From NCBI RefSeq assembly GCF_036365525.1, contig NC_090416.1, forward strand, positions 15,162,945 through 15,226,944: a stretch of DNA of 64,000 bases. Direction: 5' to 3'. The position numbers were made by a program, and so were the translations under genes. The notes below the pieces were generated by a model. That model saw nothing but the letters and a program-made list of their open reading frames with translations. It was not told the DNA's origin and made no database searches. The stretch is from Heterodontus francisci. Its lineage: Eukaryota. Below, piece after piece: positions 38,838 to 53,800 of the stretch; position 1 is the first letter of the stretch, and every line of letters begins with the position of its first letter.

Positions 38838-41800
38838 CTGTAGAGGGAGCACCTGGGAACTGTGCCATCGACTGTAGAGGGGGCATTTTGGAACAGTGCT
38901 AGCTTATGTAGAGGGGGCACCTGGGAGCACCGCGACCGACTGTAGTAGGAGAACCAGGCAACAGCGCCACCTACAGTAAAGGGAGGACCTGGGAACAGTG
39001 CCACCTAATGGAGAGTGAGCACCTGGGAACAGTGCCACCTATTGAACAGGGAGCACCTGGGAACAGTGCCGCCTGCTGCAGCAGGAACAGCTGGGAACAG
39101 TGCTACCGACTGTAGTGGGAGCACGTGGGAACAGCGCTACCTACTGCAGTGGGAGCACCTTGCAACAGCGCCGTCCACTGCAGAGGGAAGACCTGGGAAC
39201 AGTGCCACCGAATGGAGAGGGAGCATCTGGGAACAGTGCCACCTGCTGTAGCGGGAACAGCTGGAAACAGTGAAACCTACTGTAGAGGGCGCACCTGGGA
39301 ACAGTGCCACCTACTGTAGAGGTGGCATCTGGGAACAGTGCCAACTAATGCACAGGGGGCCTCTGGGATCAGTGCCACCTAATGTAGAGGGAGAACCTGG
39401 GAACAGTGCCACCTAATGCAGAGTGAGCACCTGGGAACAGTGCCACCTAATGAACAGGGAGCACCTGGGAACAGTGCTGCCTACTGTAGCAGGAACAGCT
39501 GGGACCGGTGCTACCTACTGTAGAGGGAGCACCTGGGAACACCGCAGCCCAATGCAGAGGGAGCACCTGGGAACAGGGCCACCTACAGTAGAGGGGGCAC
39601 CTGGGAACAGCTACCTACTGTAGTGAGAGCACCTTGTAACAGCGCCGCCTACTGCAGTGGGAGGACCTGGGAACAGTGCCACGTAATGGAGAGGGAGCAT
39701 CTGGGAACAGTGTCACCTGCTGTTCAGGGAGCGCCTGGGAACAGTGCCGCCTACTGCAGCGGGAACAGCTGGAAACAGTGCCACCTACTGTAGAGGGAGC
39801 ACCTGGGAACAGTGCCACTGACTGTCGAGGGGGCATCTGGGAACAGTGCTACCTAATGTAGAGTGGGCACCTGGGAACAGTGCCATTTATTACAGACGCG
39901 GCACCTGGGAACAGTGCCACCTAATGTAGAGTGGGCACCTGGGAACAGTGTCATTTATTACAGACGTGGCACCTGGGAATAGTGCCACCAAATGTAGAGA
40001 TGGCACCTGGGAACAGCGCCTCCTACTGTAATGGGAGTACCTTGGAACAGTGCCACCTACTGTAGAGGGGCATCTGGGAACAGTGCCACCTAATGCAGAG
40101 GGGGCATTTGGGAACAGTGCCACCTAATGTAGAGTGAGAACCTGGGAACAGTGCCAACTAATGGAGAGGCTGCATTTGGGAACAGTGCCACCGACTGTAG
40201 TGGGAGCACCTGGGAAAAGAACCGCCTAATGTAGCGGGAACAGCTGCGAACAGTGCCACCTACAGTGGAGGGAACACCTTGGAACGGCGCCACCTTCTGC
40301 AGAGGGAGCACCTGGGAACAGTGACACTTACTGTAGAGGGGGCATCTGGGAACAGTGCTACCTAATGTAGAGTGGGCACCTGGGAACAGTGCCATTTATT
40401 ACAGACGCGGCACCTGGGAATAGTGCCACCTAATGTAGAGTGGGCACCTGGGAACAGTGCCATTTATTACAGACGCGGCACCTGGGAATAGTGCCACCAA
40501 ATGTAGAGATGGCACCCGAGAACAGCGCCTCATACTGTAATGGGAGCACCTTGGAACAGTGCCACCTACTGTAGAAGGGCACCTGGGAACAGCGCCACCT
40601 ACTGTAGAGGGAGCACCTGGGAACAGCGCCACCTACTGTAGAGTGAGCACCTGGGAACAGTGCAACTGGGAACAGAGAAACCTAATGGAGAGTGAGCACC
40701 TGGGAACAGTGCCACCTACTGAACAGGGAGCACCTGGGAACACTGCCGCCTACTGTAGCAGGAACAGCTGGGAACAGTGCCACGCAATGTAGAGGGAATA
40801 CCTAGGAACAGCGCCACCTACTGTGGAGGGAGCACCTGGGAACAGCGCAGCCAAATGCAGAGGGAGCACCTGGGAACAGGGCCACCTACAGTAGAGGGGG
40901 CACCTGGGAACAGCGCTATCTACTGTCGTGAGAGCACCTTGTAACAGCGCCGCCTACTGCAGAGGGAGGACCTGGGAACAGTGCCACGTAATGGAGAGGG
41001 AGCATCTGGAAACAGTGCCACCTACTGTAGAGGGAGCACCTGGGAATAGTGCCACTTACTGTAGAGGGGCATCTGGGAACAGTGCTACCTAATGTAGAGT
41101 GGGCACCTGGGAACAGTGCCATTTATTACAGACGCGGCACCTGGGAACAGTGCCACCTAAAGTAGAGTGGGCACCTGGGAACAGTGCCATTTATTACAGA
41201 CGCGGCACCTGGGAATAGTGCCACCAAATGTAGAGATGGCACCTGGGAACAGCGCCTCCTACTGTAATGGGAGCACATGGGAACAGTGCAACTGGGAACA
41301 GTGCCACCTAATGGAGAGTGAGCACCTGGGAACAGTGACACTTACTGTAGAGGGGGCATCTGGGAACAGTGCTACCTAATGTAGAGTGGGCACCTGGGAA
41401 CAGTGCCATTTATTACAGAGGCGGCACCTGGGAATAGTGCCACCTAATGTAGAGTGGGCACCTGGGAACAGTGCCATTTATTACAGACGCGGCACCTGGG
41501 AATAGTGCCACCAAATGTAGAGATGGCACCCGGGAACAGCGCCTCATACTGTAATGGGAGCACCTTGGAACAGTGCCACCTACTGTAGAGGGGCATCTGG
41601 GAACAGTGCCACCAAATGCAGAGGGGGCATCTGGGAACAGTGCCACCTAATGTAGAGTGAGAACCTGGGAACAGTGCCAACTAATGGAGAGGGTGCATCT
41701 GGGAACAATGCCACCTACTGTAGTGGGAGCACCTGGGGAAAGAACCGCCTAATGTAGCGGGAACAGCTGCGAACAGTGCCACCTACAGTGGAGGGAACAC

Positions 41801-44800
41801 CTTGGAACGGCGCCACCTACTGCAGAGGGAGTACCTGGGAACAGCGCCACCTACTGTAGTGGGAACACCTGGGAACAGCGTCACCTACTGTAGAGGGAGC
41901 ACCTGGGAACAGTGCAACTGGGAACAGTGCCACCTAATGGAGAGTGAGCACCTGGGAACAGTGCCACTTACTGAACAGGGAGCACCTGGGAACACTGCTG
42001 CCTACTGTAGCAGGAACAGCTGCGAACAGTGCCACCTACAGTGGAGGGAACACCTTGGAACGGCGCCACCTTCTGTAGAGGGAGCACCTTGGAACAGTGC
42101 AACTGGGAACAGAGAAACCTAATGGAGAGTGAGCACCTGGGAACAGTGCCACCTACTGAACAGGGAGCACCTGGGAACACTGCCGCCTACTGTAGCAGGA
42201 ACAGCTGGGAACAGTGCCACGCAATGTAGAGGGAATACCTAGGAACAGCGCCACCTACTGTGGAGGGAGCACCTGGGAACAGCGCAGCCAAATGCAGAGG
42301 GAGCACCTGGGAACAGTGCCGCCTAATGTAGAGGGAACACCTAGGAACAGCGCCACCTAATGTAGAGGGAGGACTTGGGAACAGTGCCACATAATGCAGG
42401 TGGGCACCGGGAAACCGTGCCACCTACTGTAGAGGGGACATCTGGGAGCAGTGCCACCTACTGCAGAGGGGGCACCTGGGAAGAGTGCCACCTAATGCAG
42501 GGAGGGCACCTGGGAACAGTGTCACCGACTGTAGAGGGGGCATCTAGGAACAGTGCCACCTAATGCAGAGGGAGCACCTGGGAACAGCGCCACCTACTGT
42601 AGAGGGAACACCTGGGAACAGCGCCACCTACTGTAGAGGGAGCACCTGGGAACAGTGCCACTGGGAACAGTGCCACCTAATGGAGAGTGAGCACCTGGGA
42701 ACAGTGCCACCTACTGAACAGGGAGCACCTGGGAACACTGCCGCCTACTGTAGCAGGAACAGCTGGGAACAGTGCCACGCAATGTAGAGGGAATACCTAG
42801 GAACAGCGCCACCTACTGTGGAGGGAGCACCTGGGAACAGTGCCACCTAATGTAGAGGGAACACCTAGGAACAGCGCCACCTAATGTAGAGGGAGGACTT
42901 GGGAACAGTGCCACATAATGCAGGTGGGCACCGGGAAACCGTGCCACCTACTGCAGAGGGGGCATCTGGGAACAGTGCCACCTACTGTAGAGGGGGCACC
43001 TGGGAACAGTGTCACCGACTGTCGAGGGGGCATCTAGGAACAGTGCCACCTAATGCAGACGGAGCACCTGGGAACAGCGCTGCCTACTGTAGCGGGAACA
43101 GCGGGGAACAGTGCCACCTACTGTAGTGGGAGCACCTGGGAACGGCGCTGCCTATTGTAGCGGGAACAGCTTGGAACAGTGCCACCTACTGTAGAGGGAG
43201 CACCTGGGAACAGCGCCACATACTGTAGAGGGAGCACCTGGGAACAGCGCCACCTATTGTAGAGGGAGCACCTGGGAACAGCGCCACCTAAAGCAGAGGG
43301 AGGACCTGGAAATAGCGCCACCTACTGTAGAGGTGACACCTAGGAACAACACCACCGAATGTGGAGGCAGCACCTGGAAACAGTGCCATCTACTGCAGAG
43401 GGAGCACCTGGGAACAGTGCCATCTACTGTAGAGGGGACATTTGGGTATAGTGCTACTTAATGTGGAGGGGGCACCTGGGAACACCGCTACCTTCTGTAG
43501 TAGGAGAGCCAGGCAACAGCGCCACCTACAGTAAAGTGAGCACCTGGGAACAGTGCCACCTATTGTACAGGGAGCACCTGGGAACAGTGCCGCCGACTGT
43601 AGCAGGAACAGCTGGGAACAGTGCTACCTACTGTGGAGGGAGCACCTGGAAACAGCGCAGCCCAATGCAGAGGGAGCACCTGGGAACAGTGCCACATAAT
43701 GCAGGTGGGCACCGGGAAACTGCCGCATCCTGTAGAGGGGGCATCTGGGAACAGTGCCACCTACTGTAGAGGAGCCACCTGGGAAGAATGCCACCTAATG
43801 CAGGGGGGGCACCTGGGAACAGTGTCACCTACTGTCGAGAAGGCATCTAGGAACAGTGCCACCTAATGCAGATGGAGCACATGGGAACGGCGCTGCCTAT
43901 TGTATCGGGAACAGCTGGGAACAGTGCCACCTACTGTAGAGGGAGCACCTGGGAACAGCGCCGCATACTGCCGAGAGAGCACCTGGGAACAGCGCCAACA
44001 ACTGTAGAGGGAACACCAGGGACAGCGCCACGTAACGTAGAGGGAGCACCTGGGAACAGCGCCACCTAATGCAGAGGGAAGACCTGGTAATAGCGCCACC
44101 TACTGTAGAGGTGGCACCTGGGAACAGCACTACCTAATGTGGGGGGAGCACCTGGAAACAGTGCCACCTACTGTAGAGGGAGCACCTGGGAACTGTGCCA
44201 TCTACTGTAGAGGGGGCACCTGGGAACACCGCTACCTACTGTAGTAAGAGAGCCAGGCAACAGCGCCACCTACAGTAAAGGGAGGACCTGGGAACAGTGC
44301 CACCTAATGGAGAGTGAGCACCTGGGAACAGTGCCACCTATTGTACAGGGAGCACCTGGGAACAGTGCCGCCTACTGTAGCAGCAACAGCTGGGAACAGT
44401 GCTACCTGCTGTGGAGGGAGCACCTGGGAACAGCGCCGCCCAATGGAGAGGGAGCACCTGGGAACAGGGCCACCTAATGTAGAGGGAGCACCTGGGAACA
44501 GCGCTATCTACTGTTGTGGGAGCACCTTGCAGCAGCGCCGTCTACTGCAGAGGGGAGAGCTGGGAACAGTGGCACCTAATGGAGAGGGAGCACCTGGGAA
44601 CAGTGCCATGTAATGGAGAGGGTGCATCTGGGAATAGTGCCACCTGCTGTAGCGGGAACAGCTGGAAACAGTGCCACCTACTGTAGAGGGAGCACCTGGG
44701 AACAGTGCTGCTTACTGCAGCGGGATCAGCTGGAAACAGTGCCACCTACTGTAGAGGGAGCACCTGGGAACAGTGCCACTTACTGTAGAGGGGGCATCTG

Positions 44801-47800
44801 GGAACAGTGCCAATTAATGTAGAGGGGGCATATGGGAACAGTGCCACCTAATATAGAGGGAGAACCTGGGAACAGTGCCAACTAATGGAGAGGGTGCATC
44901 TAGGAAAAGTGCCACCTTCTGTAGTGGGAGCACCTGGGAACAGCACCGCCTAAGGTAGTGGGAACAGCTGCGAACAGCGCCACCTACTGTAGCGGGAGCA
45001 CCGGAAAACAGTGCCCCTGACTGTAGAGGGGGCACCTGGGAATAGTGCCACCTAATGTAGAGTGGGCACCTGGGAATGGTGCCATTTATTACAGGCGCGG
45101 CACCTGGAAATAGTGCCACCAAATGTAGAGATGGCAAATGGGAACAGCGCATCCTACTGTAATGGGAGCACCTTGGAACAGTGCCACCTACTGTAGAGGT
45201 GCATCTGGGAACAGTGCCACCTAATGCAGAGGGGGCATCTGGGAACAGTGCCACCTAATGTAGAGTGAGAACCTGGGAACAGTGCCAACTAATGGAGAGG
45301 GTGCATCTGGGAACAGTGCCACCTACTGTAGTGGGAGCACCTCGGAAAAGCACCGCCTAATGTAGCGGGAACAGCTGTGAACAGTGCCACCTACAGTGGA
45401 GGGAACACCTTGGAACGGCGCCAACTTCAGTAGAGGGAGCACCTGGGAACAGCGCCACCTACTGTAGAGGGAACACCTGGGTACAGCGCCACCTACTGTA
45501 GAGAGAGCACCTGGGAACAGCGCCACCTAATGTGGAGGCAGCACCTGGAAACAGTGCCACCTACTGCAGAGGGAGCACCTGGGAACAGTGCCATCTACTG
45601 TAGAGGGGGCATTTGGGTACAGTGCTACTTAATGTGGAGAGGGCACCTGGGAACACCGCTACCTACTGTAGTAGGAGAGCCAGGCAACAGCGCCACCTAC
45701 GGTAAAGTGAGCACCTGGGTACAGTGCCACCTATTGTACAGTGAGCACCTGGGAACAGTGCCGCCGACTGTAGCAGGAACAGCTGGGAACAGTGCTACCT
45801 ACTGTGGAGGGAGCACCTGGGAACAGCGCAGCCCAATGCAGAGGGAGCACCTGGGAACAGGGACATCTAATGTAGAGGGAACACCTAGGAACAGCGTCAC
45901 CTAATGTAAAGGGTGCATCTGGGAACAGTGCCACCTAATGTAGAGGGAGAACCTGGGAACAGCGCCACCTAATGTAGAGCGGTCTTCTGGGAACAGCGCC
46001 ACCTACTGTAAAGGTGCATCTGGGAACAGTGCCACCGAATGCAGAGGGAGCACCTGGGAACAGCGCTGTCGACTGTAGCGGGAACAGCGGGTAACAGTGC
46101 CACCTACTGTAGTGGAAGCACCTGGGAACAGCACTGCCTATTGTAGAGGGAGCACCTGGGAACAGCGCCACATACTGTACAGGGTACACCTGGGAACAGC
46201 GCCACCTAATGTAGATCGGTCTTCAGGGAACAGCGCCACCTACTGTAAAGGTGCATCTGGGAACAGTGCCACCTAATGTAGAGGGAGCACCTGGGAACAG
46301 TGCCACCTAATGCAGGGGGGGGACCGGGGAACAGTGGCACCTACTGTAGATGGGGCATCTGGGAACAGTGCCACCGAATGCAGAGGGAGCACCTGGGAAC
46401 AGCGCTGCCTACTGTAGCGGAGACAGCGGGTAACATGTGCCACCTACTGTAGTGGAAGCACCTGGGAACAGCGCTGCCTATCGTAGAGGGAGCACCTGGG
46501 AACAGCGCCAGCTACTGCAGAGGGAACACCTGGGAACAGCACCACCTAATGTGGAGGGAGCACCTGGAAACAATGCCACCTACTGTAGAGGGAGCACCTG
46601 GGAACAGTCCCGTCTACTGTAGAGGGGGCATTTGGGAACAGTGCTACCTAATGTAGAGGGGGCACCTGGGAACACCGCTACCTACTGTAGTGGGAGAACC
46701 AGGCAACAGCGCCACCGACAGTAGAGGGAGGACCTGGGAACATGGCCACCTACTGTGCAGGGAGCACCTGGGAACAGTGCCACTTACTGTAACAGGAACA
46801 GCTGGGAACAGTGCTACCTACTATGGAGGGAGCACCTGGGAACAGCGCCGCCCAATGTGGAGGGAGCTCCTGGGTACAGTGCTACCGACAGTGGGGGGGA
46901 GCACCTTGCAACAGCGCCGCCTACTGCAGAGGGAGGACCTGGAAACAGTGCCACCTAATGGAGAGGGAGCACCTGGGAAAATTGCCACCTAATGGAGAGG
47001 GAGCATCTGGGAACAGTGCCACCTGCTGTACAGGGAGTGCCTGGGAACAATGCCGCCGACTGTAGCGGGAACAGCAAGGAACTGTGCCGCATCCGGTAGC
47101 GGGAGCACCTGGAAACAGTGCCACCTAATGTAGAGGGAGCACCTGGGAACAGTGCCACCTACTGTAGAGGGAGGAACTGGAAATAGCGCCACCTACTGTA
47201 GAGGTGGCACTTGGGAACAGTGCCACCTACTGTAGTGGGAGAACCTGGCAACAGCGCTGCCTACAGTAGAGGGAGGACCTGGGAATAGTGCCACCTAATG
47301 AAGTGGGAGCACGTGGGAACAGTACCACCTACTGTACACGGAGCAACTGGGAACAGTGCCGCCTACTGTAGTGGGAACAGCTGGGAATAGTGCTACCTAC
47401 TGTGGACGTAGCACCAGGGAACAGTGCCGCCCAATGGAGAGGGAGCATCTGGGAACAGTGCCACCTACTGTACAGGGAGCGCCTGGAAACAGTGCCGCCT
47501 ACTGCAGCAGGAACAGCTGGAAACAGTGCCACCTACTGTAGAGGGGGCATCTGGGAACAGTGCCACCTAATGGAGAGGGAGCACCTCGGAACAGTGCCAC
47601 CTACTGTAGAGGGGGAATCTGGGAACAGTGATACCTAATGGAGAGGGAGCACCTGGGAACAGTGCCACCTAATGGAGAGGGAGCATCTGGGAACAGTGCC
47701 ACCTACTGCAGAGGGGGCATCTGGGAACAGCGCCTCCTAATGCAAAGGGGGGAACCTGGGAACAGTGCCACTTACTGTAGAGGGGGCACCTGGGAACAGT

Positions 47801-50800
47801 GCCGCCGACTGTAGTGGGAACAGCTGGGAACAGTGCTACCTACTGTGGACATAGCACCAGGGAACAGTGCCGCCCAACGTAGAGGGAGCACCTGGGTACA
47901 GTGCCACCTACCGTCGAGGGAGCACCTGGGAACAGCGCTATCTACTGTAGTGGGAGCACCTTGCAACAGCGCCGCATACTGCAGAGGGAGGACCTGGGAA
48001 CAGCGCTATCTGCTGTAGTCGTAGCACCTTGCAACAGCGCCGCCTACTGCAGAGGGAGGAGCTGGGAACAGTGACACCTAATGGAGAGGGAGCACCTGGG
48101 AACAGTGCCACCTAATGGAGGGGGAGCATCTGGGAACAGTGCCACCTACTGTAGAGGGGGCATCTGGGAACAGTGCCACCTAATGTAGAGGGAGCACCTC
48201 GGAACAGTGCCACCTACTGTAGAGGGGGCATCTGGGAACAGTGATACCTAATGGAGAGGGAGCACCTGGGAACAGTGCCACCTAATGGAGAGGGAGCATC
48301 TGGGAACAGTGCCACCTACTGTACAGGGAGCGCCTGGAAACAGTGCCGCCTACTGTAGCGGGAACAGCTGGAAACAGTGCCACCTACTGTAGAGGGAGCA
48401 CCTGGGAACAGTGCCACTTACTGTAGATGGGGCATCTGAGAACAGTGCCACCGAATGCAGAGGGAGCACCTGGGAACAGCGCTGCCTACTGTAGCGGGAA
48501 CAGCGGGTAACAGTGCCACCTACTGTAGTGGAAGCACCTGGGAACAGCGCTGCCGATTGTAGAGGGAGCACCTGGGAACAGCGCCAGCTACTGTAGAGGG
48601 AACACCTGGGAACAGCACCACCTAATGTGGAGGGAGCACCTGGAAACAATGCCACCAACTGTAGAGGGAGCATCTGGGAACAGTGCCATCTACTATGGAG
48701 GGGGCATTTGGGAACAGTGCTACCTAATGTAGAGGTGGCTCCTGGGAACACCGCTACCTACTGTAGTGGGAGAACCAGGCAACAGCGACGCCTACAGTAG
48801 AGGGAGGACCAGGGATCTGTACCACCTACTGTACAGGGAGCATCTGGGAACAGTGCCACCTACTGTAACAGGAACAGCTGGGAACAGTGCTACCGACTAT
48901 GGAGAGAGCACCTGGGAACAGCGCCGCCCAATGTAGAGGGAGCTCCAATGAACAGGGCAACCTACTGTAGAGGGAGCACATGGGTACAGTGCAACCTACT
49001 GTGGGGGGGAGCACCTTGCAACAGCGCCGCCTACTGCAGAGGGAGGACCTGGAAACAGTGCCACCTAATGGAGAGGGAGCACCTGGGAAAATTGCCACCG
49101 AATGGAGAGGGGGCATCTGGGATCAGTGCCACCTGCTGTACAGGGAGCGCCTGGGAACAATGCCGCCGACTGTAGTGGGAACAGCAAGGAACTGTGCTGC
49201 CTCCTGTAGCGGGAGCACCTGGGAACAGTGCCACCTAATGTAGAGGGAGCACCTGGGAACAGTGCCACCTACTGTAGAGGAGGCATCTGGGAACAGTGCC
49301 ACCTAATGCAGAGGGGGCAGCTAGGAACAGTGCCACCTACTGTAGAGGGGGCACATGGGAACAGAGCCAATTAATGTAGAGGGGGCACCTGGGAACAGAG
49401 CCACCTATTGCAGAGGGGGGACCTGGGAATAGTGCCACCTAATGTTGAGGGAGCACCTAGGAACAGCGCCACCTAATGTAGAGGGAGCACCTGGGAACAG
49501 TGCCACCTACTGTAGAGTCAGCATCTGGGGAACAGTGCCACCTAATGCAGAGGGGGCAGCTAGGAACAGTGCCAATTTATGTAGAGGGGGTACATGGGAA
49601 CAGTGCCAATTTATGTAGAGGGGGCACCTGGCAACAGTGCCACCTATTGCAGAGAGGGCACCTGGGAATAGTGCCACCCAATGTAGAGGGGGCACCTAGG
49701 AACAGCGCCACCTACTGTAAAGGGAGCACCTGGGAACAGTGCCAACTACTGTAGAGGGGTATCTGGGAACAGTACCACCTAATATAAAGGGAACACCTGG
49801 GAACAGTGCCACCTAATGGACATGGTGCATCTGGGAACTGTGCCACCTACTGTAGAGGGAGCACCTGGGAACAGCGCCACCTCCCGTAGAGGGAACACCT
49901 GGGAACAGCGCCACCTACTGCAGAGGGAGCACCTGGGAACAGCGCCACCCACTGTAGAGGGAACACCAGGGACCAGTGCCATCTAATGCAGGGGGCACCT
50001 GGAAACAGTGCCACCTACTGTAGAGGGGGTATCTGGGGAACAGTGCCACCTAATGCAGAGGGAGGAACTGGAAATAGCGCCACCTACTGTAGAGGTGGCA
50101 CTTGGGAACAGTGCCACCTACTGTAGTGGGAGTACCTGGCAACAGCGCTGCCTACAGTAGAGGGAGGACCTGGGAATAGTGCCACCTAATGAAGAGGGAG
50201 CACGTGGGAACAGTACCACCGACTGTACCAGCAGCACCTGGGAACAGTGCCGCCTACTGTAGTGGGAGCAGCTGGGAATAGTGCTACCTGCTGTGGACGT
50301 AGCACCAGGGAACAGTGCCGCCCAATGTAGAGGGAGCACCTGGGTACAGTGCCACCTAACGTCGAGGGAGCACCTGGGAACAGCGCTATCTACTGTAGTG
50401 GGAGCACCTTGCAACCACGTCGCATACTGCAGAGGGAGGAACTGGGAACAGCGCTATCTACTGCAGTCGGAGCACCTTGCAACAGCGCCGCCTACTGCAG
50501 AGGGAGGACCTGGGAACAGTGACACCTAATGGAGAGGGAGCACCTGGGAACAGTGTCACCTAATGGAGAGGGAGCATCTGGGAACAGTGCCACCTACTGT
50601 GCAGGCAGCGCCTGGAAACAGTGCCGCCTACTGCAGAGGGAACAGCTGGAAACAGTGCCACCTACTGTAGAGGGAGCACCTGGGAACAGTGCCACCTACT
50701 GTAGAGAGGGCATCTGGGAACAGTGATACCTAATGGAGAGGGAGCACCTGGGAACAGTGCCACCTAATGGAGAGGGAGCATCTGGGAACAGTGCCACGAA

Positions 50801-53800
50801 CTGTACAGGGAGCGCCTGGAAACAGTGCCACCAACTGTAGCGGGAACAGCTGGAAACAGTGCCACCTACTGTAGAGGGAGCACCTGGGGACAGTGCCACC
50901 GACTGTAGAGGGGGCATCTGGGAATAGTGCCACCTAATGTAGAGGGAGCACCTCGGAACAGTGCCACCTAATGCAGGGGGTCACCTGGGAACAGTGCTAC
51001 CTACTGCAGAGGGGGCATCTGGGAACAGCGCCTCCGAATGCAAAGGGGGGAACCTGGGAACAGTGCCACTTACTGTCGAGGGGGCACCTGGGAACAGTGC
51101 CGCCTACTGTAGTGGGAACAGCTGGGAACAGTGCTACCTACTGTGGACGTAGCACCAGGGAACAGTGCCGCCCAATGTAGAGGGAGCACCTGGGTACAGT
51201 GCCACCTACTGCAGAGGGAGGACCTGGGAACCGTGACACCTAATGGAGAGGGAGCACCTGGGAACAGTGCCACCTAATGGAGAGGGAGTATCTGGGAACA
51301 TTGCCACCTACTGTAGAGGGGGCATCTGGGAACAGTGCCACCTAATGTAGAGGGAGCACCTCGGAACAGTGCCACCTACTGTAGAGGGGGCATCTGGGAA
51401 CAGTGATACCTAATGGAGAGGGAGCACCTGGGAACAGTGCCACCTAATGGAGAGGGAGCTTCTGGGAACAGTGCCACCTACTGTACAGGGAGAACCTGGG
51501 AACAGTGCCACCTACTGTAACAGGAACAGCTGGGAACAGTGCTACCTACTATGGAGAGAGCACCTGGGAACAGCGCCGCCCAATGTAGAGGGAGCTCCAA
51601 GGAACAGGGCCACCTACTGTAGAGGGAGCACATGGGTACAGTGCTACCGACTGTGGGGGGGAGCACCTTGCAACAGCGCCGCCTACTGCAGAGGGAGGAC
51701 CTGGAAACAGTGCCACCTAATGGAGAGGGAGCACCTGGGAAAATTGCCACCGAATGGAGAGGGGGCATCTGGGATCAGTGCCACCGGCTGTACAGGGAGC
51801 GCCTGGGAACAATGCCGCCGACAGTAGCGGGAACAGCAAGGAACTGTGCTGCCTCCTGTAGCGGGAGCACCTGGGAACAGTGCCACCTAATGTAGAGGGA
51901 GCACCTGGGAACAGTGCCACCTACTGTAGAGGAGGCATCTGGGAACAGTGCCACCTAATGCAGAGGGGGCAGCTAGGAACAGTGCCACTTACTGTAGAGG
52001 GGCACATGGGAACAGTGCCAATTTATGTAGAGGGTCACCTGGGAACAGTGCCACCTATTGCAGAGGGGGCACCTGGGAATAGTGCCACCTAATGTTGAGG
52101 GAGCACCTAGGAACAGCGCCACCTAATGTAGAGGGAGCACCTGGGAACAGTGCCACCTACTGTAGAGTCAGCATCGGGGGAACAGTGCCACCTAATGCAG
52201 AGGGGGCAGCTAGGAACAGTGCCATTTTATGTAGAGGGGGTACATGGGAACAGTGCCAATTTATGTAGAGGGGGCACCTGGGAACAGTGCCACCTATTGC
52301 AGAGGGGGCACCTGGGAATAGTGCCACCCAATGTAGAGGGGGCACCTAGGAACAGCGCCACCTACTGTAAAGGGAGCACCTGGGAACAGTGCCAACTACT
52401 GTAGAGGGGTATCTGGGAACAGTACCACCGAATGTAAAGGGAACACCTGGGAACAGTGCCACCTAATGGACATGGTGCATCTGGGAACTGTGCCACCTAC
52501 TGTAGAGGGAGCACCTGGGAACAGAGCCACCTCCCGTAGAGGGAACACCTGGGAACAGCGCCACCTACTGCAGAGGGAGCAACTGGGAACAGTGCCATCT
52601 AATGCAGGGGGGCACCTGGAAACAGTGCCACCTACTGTAGAGGGGGTATCTGGGGAACAGTGCCACCTAATGCAGAGGGAGGAACTGGAAATAGCGCCAC
52701 CTACTGTAGAGGTGGCATTTGGGAACAGTGCCACATACTGTAGTGGGAGTACCTGGCAACAGCGCTGCCTACAGTAGAGGGAGGACCTGGGAATAGTGCC
52801 ACCTAATGAAGAGGGAGCACGTGGGAACAGTACCACCGACTGTACCAGCAGCACCTGGGAACAGTGCCGCCTACTGTAGTGGGAGCAGCTGGGAATAGTG
52901 CTACCTACTGTGGACGTAGCACCAGGGAGCAGTGCCGCCCAATGTAGAGGGAGCACCTGGGTACAGTGCCACCTACCGTCGAGGGAGCACCTGGGAACAG
53001 CGCTATCTACTGTAGTGGGAGCACCTTGCAACAGCGTCGCATACTGCAGAGGGAGGAACTGGGAACAGCGCTATCTACTGCAGTCGTAGCACCTTGCAAC
53101 AGCGCCGCCTACTGCAGAGGGAGCACCTGGGAACAGTGCCACCTAATGGAGATGGAGCATCTGGGAACAGTGCCACCTACTGTACAGGCAGCGCCTGGAA
53201 ACAGTGCCGCCAACTGTAGCGGGAACAGCTGGAAACAGTGCCACCTACTGTAGAGGGAGCACCTGGGAACAGAGCCACCTACTGTCGAGAGGGCATCTGG
53301 GAACAGTGATACCTAATGGAGAGGGAGCACCTGGGAACAGTGCCACCTAATGGAGAGGGAGCATCTGGGAACAGTGCCACCTACTGTACAGGGAGCACCT
53401 GGAAACAGTGCCGCCAACTGTAGCGGGAACAGCTGGAAACAGTGCCACCTACTGTAGAGGGAGCACCTGGGGACAGTGCCACCGACTGTAGAGGGGGCAT
53501 CTGGGAATAGTGCCACCTAATGTAGAGGGAGCACCTCGGAACAGTGCCACCTAATGCAGGGGGTCACCTGGGAACAGTGCTACCTACTGTAGAGGGGGCA
53601 TCTGGGAACAGCGCCTCCGAATGCAAAGGGGGGAACCTGGGAACAGTGCCACTTACTGTCGAGGGGGCACCTGGGAACAGTGCCGCCTACTGTAGTGGGA
53701 ACAGCTGGGAACAGTGCTACCTACTGTGGACGTAGCACCAGGGAACAGTGCCGCCCAATGTAGAGGGAGCACCTGGGTACAGTGCCACCTACTGCAGAGG

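Larger units (their letters stand above)
26912..38838. repeat. Older, more diverged duplication unit 3 (~85-90% identical in LINE parts), truncated by satellite
   Basis: Colinear with 1-10494; retains segments missing from units 1/2 (e.g. 29862-31028, ~32805-32940, ~34640-34710, ~36510-36588). Confidence 0.93.
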
